Positions 38,433-51,384 of a stretch of DNA of 64,000 nt are shown here, one piece after another (position 1 is the first letter of the stretch; each line of letters opens with the position of its first letter). The notes beneath the pieces were generated by a model. It was not told the DNA's origin. It did no database searches and saw only the letters and a program-made list of their open reading frames with translations. The translations under genes were made by a program, and so were the position numbers. The stretch is from Octopus sinensis (taxonomy: Eukaryota), in assembly GCF_006345805.1 (NCBI RefSeq), contig NC_043011.1, positions 10,230,001 to 10,294,000 of the forward strand, written 5' to 3'.

Positions 38433-39830
38433 TTTGCTGTTTGTTCTTTCTCGAGCCATACCTGGCTCATAAGGGCCAGTTTCCCGGTTTCTTTAGTGTA
38501 AAGGTTCCCCACCTAGACGGGATGCTGGTCCGTCGCAGGTGAGCTGCAAGATGCAGGAGGAGGAAAGAGTGAGAGAAAGTTGTGGCAAAAGAGTCAGCAG
38601 AAGTTCACCATTACCTTCTGCTGGAGCCGTGTGGAGCTTAGATGTTTCGCTCGTAACCCTTTCGTTACCAAACCGCCCAAAGCTGCCCGAAAAAAATTTT
38701 GGTTAATGTGACCAAACCGCTCAAAGCCACCCGTATTTACCTATTCATATTTAAATGAGAATATCAGAGCAAATCTCTTTAGTACATTCATGAAAACATG
38801 TGATTATACTTCGTAAACAGTTCATCTACAGTTTTGTACAAAGATTGACGTGTAATTTTAATTCCCTGAATTTTGGGAGATTTTTTTCCCCATTTTTTTC
38901 GGCATCGATTTTTCTTCAACTTTTAAAATGGATAGGAGTTTCATGTTATCAAGCATTGATTCCGAATTGGAAAATTTGTGAAGCAAATACTGGGTACTGT
39001 TGTGGATTTAGTTTTTATATAAGGAAACTAATGTTAGTCAGCATGGCTTAGGGTATGATGTGGTCTGGAAGTTATTGTTTGAAGCGATCAATGCGGAAAC
39101 AAACTTACGCAGAATGTAAACAAACACAAAATGAGGGTTCAAATTTCGGAAAATTTGTGAAGCAAATACTGGGTACTGCGTGGATTTAGTTTTTATACAG
39201 GGAAAATAATGTTAGTCAGCATGGCCTAGGGAACGATGTGGTCTGGAATTTATCACTTCCATACCATAACCAGGGCCGTATATTATTTTTTGACCGATTT
39301 CTTTAGTTCGGTCAAACTTGCGGTGGATTCCAGTATTTCACTTTATTCCACCTTTATGGTACACCTGTTGTGCATTAAATTCAACTGATGATATAGTGAT
39401 GTGCACAATTCTTCTTTATCAAAATTTTGTTGCATACGCATATGAATATTAGCTGATGATGCATTTTCTATGGTGATGTTTAAACAAAATTTTAATATTT
39501 TTACCTTTTGCTCAATTTACCTGGATTTACCTGTAATTAAAGTCACTTTGAGACAAAAGTTATGCAATAGAATTGATTAAGAACCCTTTCTTTAATTATG
39601 TTCCAAATATCACATTAATATGTTGATAAGTAAAAAAGTTACAGTTATTTAATGAAACAAGCCTAGATTCATGATTATTTTAGAATTTAAGTGAAACTCA
39701 TGAGGGGTGTATTTTGGTCAGAAATATAGTAAGGAAAGGGTTAAACACACACATCGACCGGTTTGAGATTCGAACCCATAATCCCTCGACTGCGAGCCTG
39801 ATGCTCTAATCACTAGGCCATGTGCCTCCA
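38433..39830 (-). mobile_element. tRNA-SINE (head A, tail Z) inserted in the mariner, itself split by a piggyBac remnant
   Basis: TSD CACCAAT(A/G)GGATT at 38420-38432 and 39831-39843. Head TGGAGGCACATGGCCTAGTG...GGTTCGAATCTC at 39830-39745; body resumes at 38656-38433. Confidence 0.9.
38657..39740 (+). mobile_element. Internally deleted piggyBac element (~1.08 kb)
   Basis: Termini CCCTTTCGTTAC...GTAAGGAAAGGG flanked by GTAA and TTAA. Transposase remnants WKICEANTGYCCGFSFY, GLGYDVVW and NQGRILFFD-FFSSVKLAVD (piggyBac DNFFSS catalytic motif). Confidence 0.88.
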
Positions 39831-39960
39831 CACCAATGGGATTCAAGCACTGCAACATAAATGGAAGAAGTGTTTGGACCACAAAGGGGAACATGTGGAA
39901 AAATCAGCTTGATTTGGTCGCATTCCATAAGAATATCTCGGTCGGCCTTTGACCCTCATT
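39831..39960 (+). pseudogene. mariner transposase pseudogene, 3' part and decayed right TIR
   Basis: NGIQALQHKWKKCLDHKGEHVEK*, the typical mariner C-terminus, continuing the frame cut at 38432. Confidence 0.85.
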
Positions 39961-40497
39961 CAATGACTAATTAAGGATTAATTATGTGCTTTACTGTAGT
40001 AATTTCAAATCCTGTCAATCTTTCATCTTACATCAATGAATACCATTAGTAAATCAGTAATATGCCATTGGTCACTAAATTCTTTAGAAAAATGAATTTG
40101 TGTTCAAGAAGAAATATCCAAAGGTAAGGACATGACCATTTTCCACTTTCAACCAAGGAATACCGTAATGTTATGGGACTAAAGTTGAAACCATGCGATT
40201 ATGAGGCAAACATTTCAATCCCACAACTACATCTGTGTCAAATGTAGAACTGCATGTTCTAATGCCAGAAGGCCAAGTTCAGTTTCCTTCTCTCTCAGAA
40301 GCAGAATGACAAACACTACACTCACACACACACACACACACACACACAGAGTTAAAGATTATATCTTTAACAGATCCTGCTCTTTCTTCTTTATAATCCC
40401 TCATTATTATAATATAATCCCAGGAAATAAGCTTAAAAACAGATCTCCAGAAGAATTATGTTTTTGTTAATAGCTACACTTAAAACTAAATGAATTT

Positions 40498-40699
40498 CTC
40501 TTTTACTCTCTTTTACTTGTTTCAGTCATTTGACTGTGGCCATGCTGGGGCACCACATTTAGTCAAGCAAATCAACCCTAGGATTTATTCTTTGTAAGCC
40601 TAGTACTTATTCTATCGGTCCTTTTGCCGAACCGCTAAGTGACGGGGACGTAAACACACCAGCATCGGTTGTCAAGCAATGTTGGAGGGACAAACACAG

Positions 40700-40736
<37 letters not shown>

Positions 40737-40889
40737 CGATGGGTTTCCGTCTACCAAATCCACTCACAAGGCTTTGGTTGGCCCAAGGCTATAGCAGAAA
40801 ACACTTGCCCAAGGTGCCACACAGTGGGACTGAACCCAAAACCATGTGGTTGGTAAGCAAGCTACTTACCACACAGCCACTCTTGCGCC
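40498..40889 (-). mobile_element. tRNA-SINE with internal microsatellite (OK/OR-like)
   Basis: Near full-length reverse-complement copy of 20109-20522. Confidence 0.9.
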
Positions 40890-42710
40890 TAATTTAATAA
40901 GTTTTTAAATAAATACCAATAACGATTATTCAACTATTTACAATAATTAGTTAAAGAGAAAGAAATGGGACTGTAATGATGTTTTTTAAAGAATGACAAT
41001 AATTCTTTGGACGTTGTCAAGTTAACCTTGCAATCTTTATGATTTTAGTAATAAATGTCAACAATTTGTAACAGAAGAATTTTCCATTTTATGAAGAAAT
41101 TCAAAAAATTAGAGCCAATGGTCATGCATGACCTTTTTCTGGGTGTTTGAGATTGGTGAGAGCAAGAAAAGAAGTTCCTCTGCAATTGGAAGTCTGGCCC
41201 AAATATTCGGCATAGAATGGATTCCACTAAAGGTACCCAAGAACTTGGTGGTCATTAAGCCAGTCTGTCACCCAGGAACAGACTTCCAACAAGAGTTTTT
41301 CTCTGCCAACTTTCAGTCACAAGACATTGCTTGATCAGAGGTTATGGGAAGGTGTCATGCAGTGGGATCGAACCAGAATTCATTGTGTTTTGAAGCAAAT
41401 TATTTAACCTCACAATCATGCCTTGGTAGTTATTTCGAATGCCCCTGGTGGCATGAAAGACAAAGCTAGCTCATAGAGAATTTGAACTCAGAATGTACAG
41501 AGGTGAAACTAAATAATCTTAACAGTGATGCTTCAATCATTCCATTAACCACTTCTACCAGAAATTGAAGTTTTGTCAACGAAAGGATCTACATTAGTGA
41601 TTCCAGCCATTTTCTGGAGAAAGAAAAAATTAATTCATTAAGTTCAGCACTCGACTGTCTTGTGACAGCTTTTTGCTATTTTAACAACAGTTACAACAGA
41701 GAGAGAGGGGGGGGATAAGCAAGCGAGATATGCTACATATAATTTAATCATAGTGTAACAAGTACTTTTATCATTTGCTGGACATTTACCAAAATGGTGC
41801 CATAGACAAACAGTGAATGATTGAAATATAAATTTGAGGAATGGCTATAGATTTTTGGAATCACATGATGGAAATATGAAGCTGCAGAGTATCTGAGTAG
41901 AAACTAATTGATAGTCAAAATACACAGAAATGTGTGTGTACACACGTGCTTCGCGTGTAATAGCTTTACACACATGCCTACATATGTATGTGTGTATGTA
42001 TTCCCAATAAATACATGTGGGGCATAGAGCAATTATTTTAAGCAGACAACTGTCAGTAACTGATGGCTTTTTAGCTTGTTTCTCTTATTAAGGGTAAGTG
42101 TATGACATATATAAGGGTAGCTATTAAGAGTGTCTCTATGACATACAACATGCATATATTCTTAATCTTTACCTTTGTATGTCATGTACAGAATCAACTA
42201 TAAGGGGTGTGTCTATTATATATATTGGGGTAGCTATAAAGGGTATGATTATATCATACACAAAGATGGCTACAAATCAACGAAAGATTCCACAACTTGC
42301 TAGAAATAACAGTCAAACTACACTCAAACATTCTACAAAAAATGGGGGACACATGAGGATACATTACATCTTAATGGAAGATATGACGATCATAATGGAA
42401 TGCCATCGATGCCAGATCTGCTCTGTCAGGACTGACTTGGGCTAAACAGCAACACAGGAAGTCACTTAACAGTTGTCCAACCTGCTAAAAACAAAAGCTA
42501 AATCCTCATGAATCACACTGAATTGAGACACATACATTGGGGTAGAGGTAGCATTGAAATCCTAGGGAGCTGCAAAGGGATTCGACATTGGCAATTGTTG
42601 GGTCATAGAGAAAGATGATTTAGGGTGGAACAGACCTACCCGGGGTCTACAACAACAGTAACATTAATTTATTGTATGTATGTGTGTGTGTGTATTTATA
42701 TATATATATA

Positions 42711-42850
42711 TCAGCCAACCAGGCTATCAGGTGTTGCTACACATCGCTGGTCACCTTGTTTTAGCCTTCAAATAACGCCACCCCGCTGGCTAAGCGAGCA
42801 GGCCTACAGAAGAAAGAGTGAGAGAAAGTTGTGGTGAAAGAGTACAGCAA
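42711..42850 (-). mobile_element. SINE 3' fragment (head-A middle segment, tail W)
   Basis: GAAAGAGTGAGAGAAAGTTGTGGTGAAAGAGTAC is shared with 22151 and 38433 but joined to a different tail. Confidence 0.6.
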
Positions 42851-42889
42851 GCTGTTCTATTAATTTGGAACAACTGGAACCTTCATCAT

Positions 42890-44220
42890 CAAGGATATGA
42901 AGACAGGCAAAGCTCCCAGCCCCTCAGGAATCACCACTGAGATGCTTAAAATATCTGGTGGAGTAGGATATAGCCTAGTCACCTGTATAGTTAATCAGGT
43001 TGTGCATGAGGAAGTGATACCCAACAATTGGTGTAGCAGCATTACAGTCACTTGCTACAAAGGCAAAGGTGATGCATTAGACAAGAATAATTACAGAGAC
43101 ATCAAATTGCTGGAGTAGGGGATGAAAGTCACAGAAAGGGTCATAACCGAATTAATTAGGAAGAGATTTAGCGTAGATGAGATGCAGTTCAGATTTGTGC
43201 CAGGCAGGAGCACAACTGATACTATATTCCTGGTTAGGCAACTTCAGGAGAAATATTTAGCCCAAAATAAACCTCTGTACTTGGCTTTTGTCAACACAGA
43301 GAAAGCTCTTGACAGAGTTCCCCATTCCCTTATCTGGTGGTCAATGTGGAAGCTAGGAATAGGTGAGTGATTAGTAGGAGCAGTACAAGCCATGTACAGG
43401 GATGCTGCCAGCAATGAGTATAGCAATGAATTCAGTGTACAGGTAGGAGTTCACCAAGGCTCAGTTCTCAGCCCCCTCCTGTTTATCTTAGTCCTCCAGG
43501 CGTTAATAGAGGAATGTAAGACAGGCTGCCTCAGGGAGCTCCTCTGTGCTGATGACCTTGTTCTTATAGCTGAATCACTACCTAACCTAGAGAAGAAACG
43601 ACTGGAATCTATGGGCCTTAGGGTTGATTTAGCAAAAGTCAAAGTCCTAGTAAGTAGGAAGACAGACAAATCACAAGTCCCTTCTAGGAGATGGCCCTGC
43701 TCAATATGTAAGAAGGGTGTTGGTAGAAGCCCCATATGTTGTATTCAGTGCAAGCTTTGGACACATAAAAGGTGCAGCAGTATCACAAGAAGGTTAACGG
43801 AGAATATAGTGTTTGTATGTGGCAAATGTCAAACACAAGCGCTAAAAATACAGACAATAGGCTCCCTCAATGGATGCTGGGCCTCACTGAGGAAATGATG
43901 AGGGACCAGAAGATTTGGCAATTTGCTGTACTTGATAAGATGTGTGAAGCTAATTAAATTACCTGTCTTCTACACATACAGGCTTGTCCTTTCAGATGTG
44001 GGTGCCACTTAAAAATGCACCTATGATGGTAAAAAGCACCCTGCACACCCTGTTAAGGGGTTCGCATTAGGAAGGGCATCCAATCATAACAACCATGCCA
44101 CAACACACAGTTCGAGTCCACACAGCTCCCTTCTAACCAGCACCATGTCAAACTGTCCAACCCATGCCGGCATGCAGAGTCATCATCATAGATGTTAAAT
44201 AATGATGATGATGATGATGG
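42890..44220 (+). mobile_element. RTE LINE: RT domain, Cys-rich finger, internal deletion, 3'UTR and (GAT)n tail
   Basis: GKAPSPSGI, NYRDIKLL, QFRFVPGRSTTD, EKALDRV, GVHQGSVLSPLLF, ADDLV, CSIC..GVG..PICCIQCKLWTHKRCS...FVCGKC, then a jump to GLTEEM. Several stops. Confidence 0.95.
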
Positions 44221-45419
44221 TGATGTTATGTATGTATGCATGCGTGTATTATCTTGCCTGTGTATATGAGACAATAATTTCCAGAATGTCCTTCTCTAAT
44301 TTGAGATGATAGGGTGTAATTTAAGACAAATGTGGTTGCTATATTTAGTAATGTGTAGGAGTGGGGTGGGGGATTGGCTCAAAGTAAATTTTGTTGTGTT
44401 TTTCCAAATCAGTTGTATTTGAACAAAATTATAATAAAAGACATTCTATTCATAACAATCCTGTCATTTGTATGTCAAGGACAATATTCTTCAATATGAC
44501 ATAAGGATGTCATTTGTAAGAATTATGGCTGTTATTTTTAGCAAGTTCAGTGACCATGTATCAGTTCCCAGATTTACAAAAGTGCCAGCCAGTGAACAGT
44601 TCTCCTTCACCCTCTCTCTCTCTTACACTTTCTTTTTCATATGTTTAATGTAGGTGGCTGAACTAACAGGTTAGTTAATCCATTGGTCATCTTTAGAGAC
44701 GGTGTGAGTTTTGACTTAATTAGGGGACAGTGAAAGGTTTCAGTTACACACACACACACATTATACATCATCACCTTAGATGCATTATTATCAAATTATC
44801 ATTATTAAGAAGACAAATGGTAAAGTTGATATCGACAGGACAAGTAAGTGAAGGTATTATGCAATCAATCAAAGTGCATATTTATCATAATTATTGATTA
44901 CAAACAGGTCACAGTGTGAGTAGGGAGGGGGGAGGCTGAGAGAAACAGCAAGAAATGTTCTTTGCATTAATGTAAACACACAAGATTAGACTGATAAGAA
45001 AATAAGGGAAAGAAAGGGGACCTGGTGTATAAAAATGACCAGAAATAGAGAGAAAAGTGTCTGAAGAGATAAAAAGGGATGGAAAAATGTATGAAAGAAA
45101 TATAAAGATTTGCCAAGAGAGGATAATAATTGTGGCTATTGATTGTTGTGGCAGACAGATATTAGATAATGATAAGTTGACGTGTTGAAATGAAAGGTTA
45201 TATCTGTTTTTATAGAGAGAATAAAGTGAGAGAGATTGATTGATAATACTCAAATTGCTAAAATGATAGGAAGGTAAGGTGACAGAAATTTTATCTATTT
45301 CAAAGATATTTACTTTACTAACATGCAAACATTGACCAAACAATATCTGGTCTACATTATAAAGGGAGTGTCACTGTATACACACACACACACACACACA
45401 CATGTATTGAGAGAAGCAA

Positions 45420-45760
45420 CTGATGAAAGACTTGAGAAGCAGGATTCAATATTAGTGAGGAGTCTAAAGTCTTTAAGTGGAGGTGGCACAAGATTGGTTG
45501 ACTGTGAAGAGCAGAGACCCCTGTAGTAACTGTAGAAAGATGAGAGTGAGGAGACACAGCATACAGGAAGAGGTTGGAGTGTGTTGGTAAAGGACTTCAT
45601 GACAATAAGACTGGTGACCTTTTCTTCTGGAATATATTTGACTGTAGCAGCTACAGCAGCACCATTCCAGGTGTGGGAGCAGCACCATTTATTGCTAGTC
45701 GCACTTGAGTCTTGTAAAGGGAACCTGAAGGTGTTTTTGAGGTTCAGCTGAAGCTGACTG
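45420..45760 (-). mobile_element. Decayed CR1/Jockey-group LINE RT C-terminal fragment
   Basis: LYKTQV (frameshift) ...CSHTWNG...LQPL..CCVSSLSSFYSYYRGLCS...LVPPPL. This matches the recalled LYKAQVRP.LEYCSH.W....LQPL..RR.VASLSLFYRYY.G.CS pattern. Confidence 0.7.
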
Positions 45761-48700
45761 ACAGACAAATAATAATGTCTTCATTAATTAAAATTATTAT
45801 TTGTCGTCACATTAAGTATTATAAGTGAAGTTGAAATTTATAAATACTTGGTTTAAATAACCTGATTCAGCTGTTTACTAAACTAACAAAATAATTTCTT
45901 CTCTTTAGAAAATATTTTTTTTTAAATGAAACATAATTAACTAAAAGCCAGTCTTGCTGTATCATGGCCTGCTAACAGCTGGTTCAATGAGTAAACAAGG
46001 CTGCAACTAATTGAATCAATACAGTTTGTGTTTCGAGTGGAGGACCACCACCTTAGGACGATGACACGGTAATGGACTGTCCCACCAAGTAAAAAACATG
46101 TAACATGTGCTATAGCTCATCACTATAATGGATTGTTCCATCTAGACATGAATAATAATCAGTAAGTTAAGATTGTATTTCATGTGTTAGCTAAGCTGAG
46201 TTTAACTTGCTCTCCATTTTGAGTGCCACTTGGTGAAGAAAGGGGATCATCAGGCTAGGGGTACCACATGAAAACCCTTTTTGTAGCTCCCCTATCATCA
46301 AATATGTTGGGAAACAAATTATAAGAAATACATAGTTTTATTTTACTGACTTGTTTTGTTTTTTGGTTTGGCCAAAGGAGGAAAGGTCACTCAGTTAAGT
46401 CTTTTATTAGGGCCCCTAAAATTGGAGCAGGGAGGAAAGCAGGAATGTATCATGAGGCCAGAGATCTAATCTGAATGCAACAAAGTGTACCCCCAACTAA
46501 AGGTAGCCAATGATCAGGTGGCAATGTTTAACTGGATAAAGAATGATGTCTACCACAAACAACAGAAATTGTCCAATAGATAGGCTTCCACACAGTTTGG
46601 TTGTCCTGAAATTGTGATGGAACATACTTGGCCAAAATGGTGTGAAATAGGATCAAACTTTAGCCTTGTACTAAAAAAAATACATTTCAAGACTACACAA
46701 CCACGTCTGCATTCAAATTGATAAAAAGTGAAAAGTAATCTTTCTCCCAGAAAGACATTTCTGCAGATAAAACATAGATTTTTAAAATGGGTTACAAAAC
46801 AATAGCTAAAAACCAATTACTTTGTCTAGAATTATCAAAATCCTACATTATTTTATAAATGATTTCTCCTAATTAGGAATATTGATCCAGCTAAAGTCAG
46901 CATCTTTGTATTTCTTCTACTGTTAATACACCCCCACCCCCCATAAATGCCACCCCTGCCACTCTGTTGTTGTTTCTGGTGCTATGCTAGATCCATTTCA
47001 ATCACGTTACACGGGACAAACCTATTTTCACCACTCCCATCTTCTTCTCGATATTATGTTCAGATTTATCATAATATAATCACACTTATGCAACACTACT
47101 TCACCTTAGAACTACCTTCAGCATGGTTTGTTTGTTTGTTTTTTTCCTCCGTTTAGTGTACAAGAGAACATTAGACAATTATTTAAACAGTGATAATCAC
47201 ACCCAACTTCAATGTAATTGGAATAAAAGCTCTCTCAGACAGTCAATAATAGGAAAGAAGTTATAAAAGTAGATTATTTATAGAGCAGACATTCATGATT
47301 TGTAGCTGTATTTTATGTTTTTTGACCCTAATTCTATACCAGACAGCAGCAGCAGTCTACAGGTTTTCTTTGTGAAGAGAACCTATTTGTAGGATCTGAA
47401 ATAATGAGGTGTGGAAATGTATAAACCAGAAGGCAGCAAATTGATGCTAGGTAATCTGTAGATTTTAACAACACCGGAACTTTTCATATGAAAATGGTTC
47501 ACACTATTGAGAAACATCTTTACAAGAACAAGTGTCAAAGACAATCTGTGTAAAGGAAGCAAAATATATCAAACAGTTAAATAAAGTCACTTCATTCTGG
47601 TTAAATTAACCAAATTTAAGGCTTTTCGGTTATTTGGTTGGCACTGTTGAAACTTTCTACTTACAACAGCTTCATATTTTAATAAACAAAAAACTCACTT
47701 AGGACTTGATAAACTACAAATAAAAGAATCCCAAGAAGGGATTCAATTTGAAGGGATTCAAAATGAAAGAGAGTTATGTCCGATGAAGTTGTCTTTAATC
47801 TGGGAAATATCGGTAACAACTGCAAGAAACAGCAACCAAATCTCAGTTTAATTAAAGCCTAACACCTTTTAAAAAGGAACACATCTGATAATGGAATACT
47901 TAATACTCAAGAATAGGACAGGATGGTCATGGCTAGAATGCTGCTCAGTGACAGCTAACTAATGGCAACAACAACTACTGAAGAGGGTGTGGTTAAAGTT
48001 TAAAGCAGGAAGTGAAAGCTTCCAGGAAGATTTGTAAGGGTGATGCAGTAAAGATGGACAAGTATATCAAAGAATACGAACCTATTTGGTGATGTGTCTT
48101 TTAAATACAGAATAGAGGAGCAGAGGCTATTGCATAGAAGTGGAGGAGGAGGAGGAGGACATAGTTAATTGGCTGTAAGTACAAGATGTTATTTGAAACC
48201 AGTTGTAACTGGATTATGGTTAGTTGCAGGTCAATTAATTATATTTGGCTGCAAGTAGATTTTAATTAGTCATGAATGGGGTGGGGTGAGGGGGGATGTG
48301 GTGTAGCGATGGTTTTGGAGAGGGGGAGGGGATGTGGTGGAAGGGTAGGGGTTGGGGTATTCTGATTCTATCTGCATTGTTTTAGATTAAATAGTAAAGA
48401 CTATAAAACAAAGAAATGTTTTTATTTTTAGCCATCAAGTAATCTATGAAACTTCAGACGAAACTGAAGGCAATTTGTAAATAAATTAAAAGACAGTCTG
48501 TAAGATTAAAGCAGACTCTGAGTAGAGCTCACTGCCTGAACAGTAAATAAAGAGCTGAACACAGAATCAGGCTTCACTAAAATACAAACTTGTCTCTTCA
48601 CCAAGAATTTTTGCCATAACATAAGTTGTATTCCCAGATGTCAACTTTACATTCCAAAAAGAAGAAATAAACAATTTATCATGCTTATTTTGACTTTTGT

Positions 48701-51072
48701 AGTCCTTAATGATATAATACTCTCCATAATACTCACAGAAAACTCAACCAATTGGTTTTCATTTCAAGACACATTTATAAACACTCAATTACAATCAAAA
48801 CATTTAACGAGCAGTGAATAGAGATCCTTTTCCTGAAATGACACCAGCTTTGCAGGGTTACGTCTGTACACTTTGGTGTTTGTAGTTGCTAGAATTTCAC
48901 TTGAGTAACACAACTAACAACTGCAACACCCAAGTATTATAGTCTTTGTAAACAGATATTTCTTTGCTGATGATGAAGAAGAAGAAGAAGAAGAAGAAGA
49001 AGAAGAAGAAGAAGAAGAAGAATGCCAGTGAAATAAATGTAGACCAATGTTTACAGCAAACGGAGCAGATGAAAGAAATCAACATCAGTTTATTACTGGT
49101 ACATATTTTATTAAAGCAGCATCACTCCTGAGATGAGGGTGTGGGATGTCAATTTTGACCATAATCAAGTTATTTAAAGAAGATCCTCATTCCAGAAATT
49201 CAACAACCAATTCATTGACCGATGATGGGAATAGAACAAATATAAACGATATCCTATTTTCTTTCTCTTTATGAATTAGCTACACTACAACATTAACATA
49301 ATTTATGTCACTTTATAAATAAATTAGCTACACTACAACATTAACATACTATGGATGAATTGTAATTATATTGAAAATCAGTTTTATCTATTTCTAAGAT
49401 AACAATCAGTTTTAAAATAATTCTTTCATAATTATGTTGCTAGCAGCAAATTCGTCTACACAACTGCTTTCTCTCTCTCTCTCTCTCTCTCTCTCCTTTC
49501 ATCTCTCCCCCTCTCTCTCTTTCTCTCTCCCTCTCTCTCTTTCTCTCTCACTGCCTATTCTGCTTCTACAATAGCATCACCCTGGCTCAGTCCTCCTAGC
49601 TGTAAATAGATACCACAGTGTGGAATAGCTCAACAATATAAACTATGTGTGCATTTAGAGAAAAACAAAAAAATGCAAACATTGTAAGTAGAAGGAGTCT
49701 GCTAAAGAGGAAGAGCAAATGAGACATGGCCAAGGGTTGTATGAAGAAATCTGAGAATGATGAGTCTTCTAAAAGAGATGTCAAAACATTGTAAGATTTG
49801 GAAAAACACTGGGTTGGAAGTGACCAGCATGGGAAAGTGTTGATGATGTTGATGATGATGATGTTAGTGGTGGTGATGATGATGCTGGTGGTGGCGAGAG
49901 GTGTTAGTATGAAAAGTGATGGTGGGGGTGGTAGTGGTGGTGATATTGACGATGATGAGGATTTACAATTCTAGAGTTATAAAAAAACAAGGGTAAAAAC
50001 CATTTCAATAAACTGTTCCCTCAAAGATTAGTGAAAAAGAATCAATTAATGGTGATACCTTCCTTCTACTGCTTTTTTTTTTTTTTGTCCCTTTCCCTCA
50101 CACCGGCTGTCCATAATTGCCCCTTACAATGTTGGACAGCCCTAGCCCTTTCCTTTTGTTTTCCCTTCTCTCTCTCTCTCTCCTGTTCACTACCAAACAC
50201 CCCACCCTCACCATTAACCATCCTTCATCCCTCCACCTAGAATAATCACCCACTCTCTGTTCTCCCCCAATTATAAGAGCTATTTATGTCCTTAGTCTTG
50301 CAGGTTGCAAGCTAATCTTCACTTGTGCCACTGGCATGAAAAAAGCAGCCAGAACAGTGCAAAGGGGTTAGCATTTGGGTGGGCTCCCAATTGAAGAAAG
50401 CACAGCAAAGCAGAGGTTGGTGCATGGTGCAGCCTTCTCACTTGTCAGATCCTGTCAAACCATCCAATCTATGCTATCATGTGAGACTGTACTTTTATTT
50501 TCTGTGTTCCTTTCTGTCAAAGAGCATAGGCTCGAAACATAAAAAACTTTCTCACTTCCAGAGCATAAAACTAATACATCTGTTTGTTGTTGACACACCC
50601 GTCTTCGCCTTTTGTTTTTTGTTTTTTGTAAATTCTCACTATACACACACACACATAGAGAGAGGGGAGGGAGAGTGAAGGAGAAAAAAAGAGTGTGTGT
50701 GTAAAAGATTTTCCTTTAATAATGTAACTGGTATGTACTAAAAGTGCTCAGTTTGGTTTACCACTAAAAGTCCAGCTTGAACTGCTTATCATCTATTACC
50801 TTAGATTTTCCTTTATACTTCATCAACAAAACTTCTAATAGATATAATCTCTCACTAAGAATTTCATTAACTCTTCAATCATGGAACTACCAACTACAAT
50901 TATCTTTTACTTTGGACACTCCTTAATTCTTCAACAAACAGGTAGCTATTAATATCTTTGATTAAAGATATTGTTTATTTCTCTCTTCCCACGAAAATCT
51001 TTGATCAATAGCATTAGCTCCACCTGCATAGCTTTTCTAAAAACAGCTGTAAGAAACTTTACCTATTGTATG

Positions 51073-51353
51073 GGCGTTGCCAGCACCGCATCAACTGGCT
51101 TCCGTGCCGGTGGCACGTAAAAAGCACCAACCGATTGTGGCCGTTGCCAGCCTCACCTGACACCTGTGCCGGTGGCACATAAAAAGCACCCACTACACTC
51201 ACGGAGTGGTTGGCATTAGGAAGGGCATCCAGCTGTAGAAACATAGCCAGATCAGACTGGAGCCTGGTGCAGCCTCCTGGCTTCCCAGACCCCGGTCGAA
51301 CCATCCAACCCATGCTAGCATGGAAAACGGATGTTAAACGATGATGATGATGA
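51073..51353 (+). mobile_element. RTE 3'UTR fragment with (GAT)n tail
   Basis: Two ~60-bp subrepeats, then GGAGTGGTTGGCATTAGGAAGGGCATCC...CCATGCTAGCATGGAAAACGGATGTTAAACGATGATG. Confidence 0.9.
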
Positions 51354-51384
51354 TATATACATACATATATATATATATATATAT

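Noticed and set aside
39745-39830. tRNA-like sequences here and at 22151, 37130-37216 and 55620-55696
   Set aside because: They have A/B boxes but no complete cloverleaf and continue into SINE bodies. They are SINE heads, not tRNA genes.
42074-42098. AG...AAGG|GTAAGT mini-exon candidate (about 19 nt)
   Set aside because: Not frame-preserving, and it sits in a locally repetitive ATAAGGG tract.
45352-45768. 138-aa minus-strand ORF with an acceptor-like start, initially exon-like
   Set aside because: Contains the CSHxW / LQPL / FYxYYxGLCS motifs of a LINE RT C-terminus, and a related fragment sits at 57510-58010.
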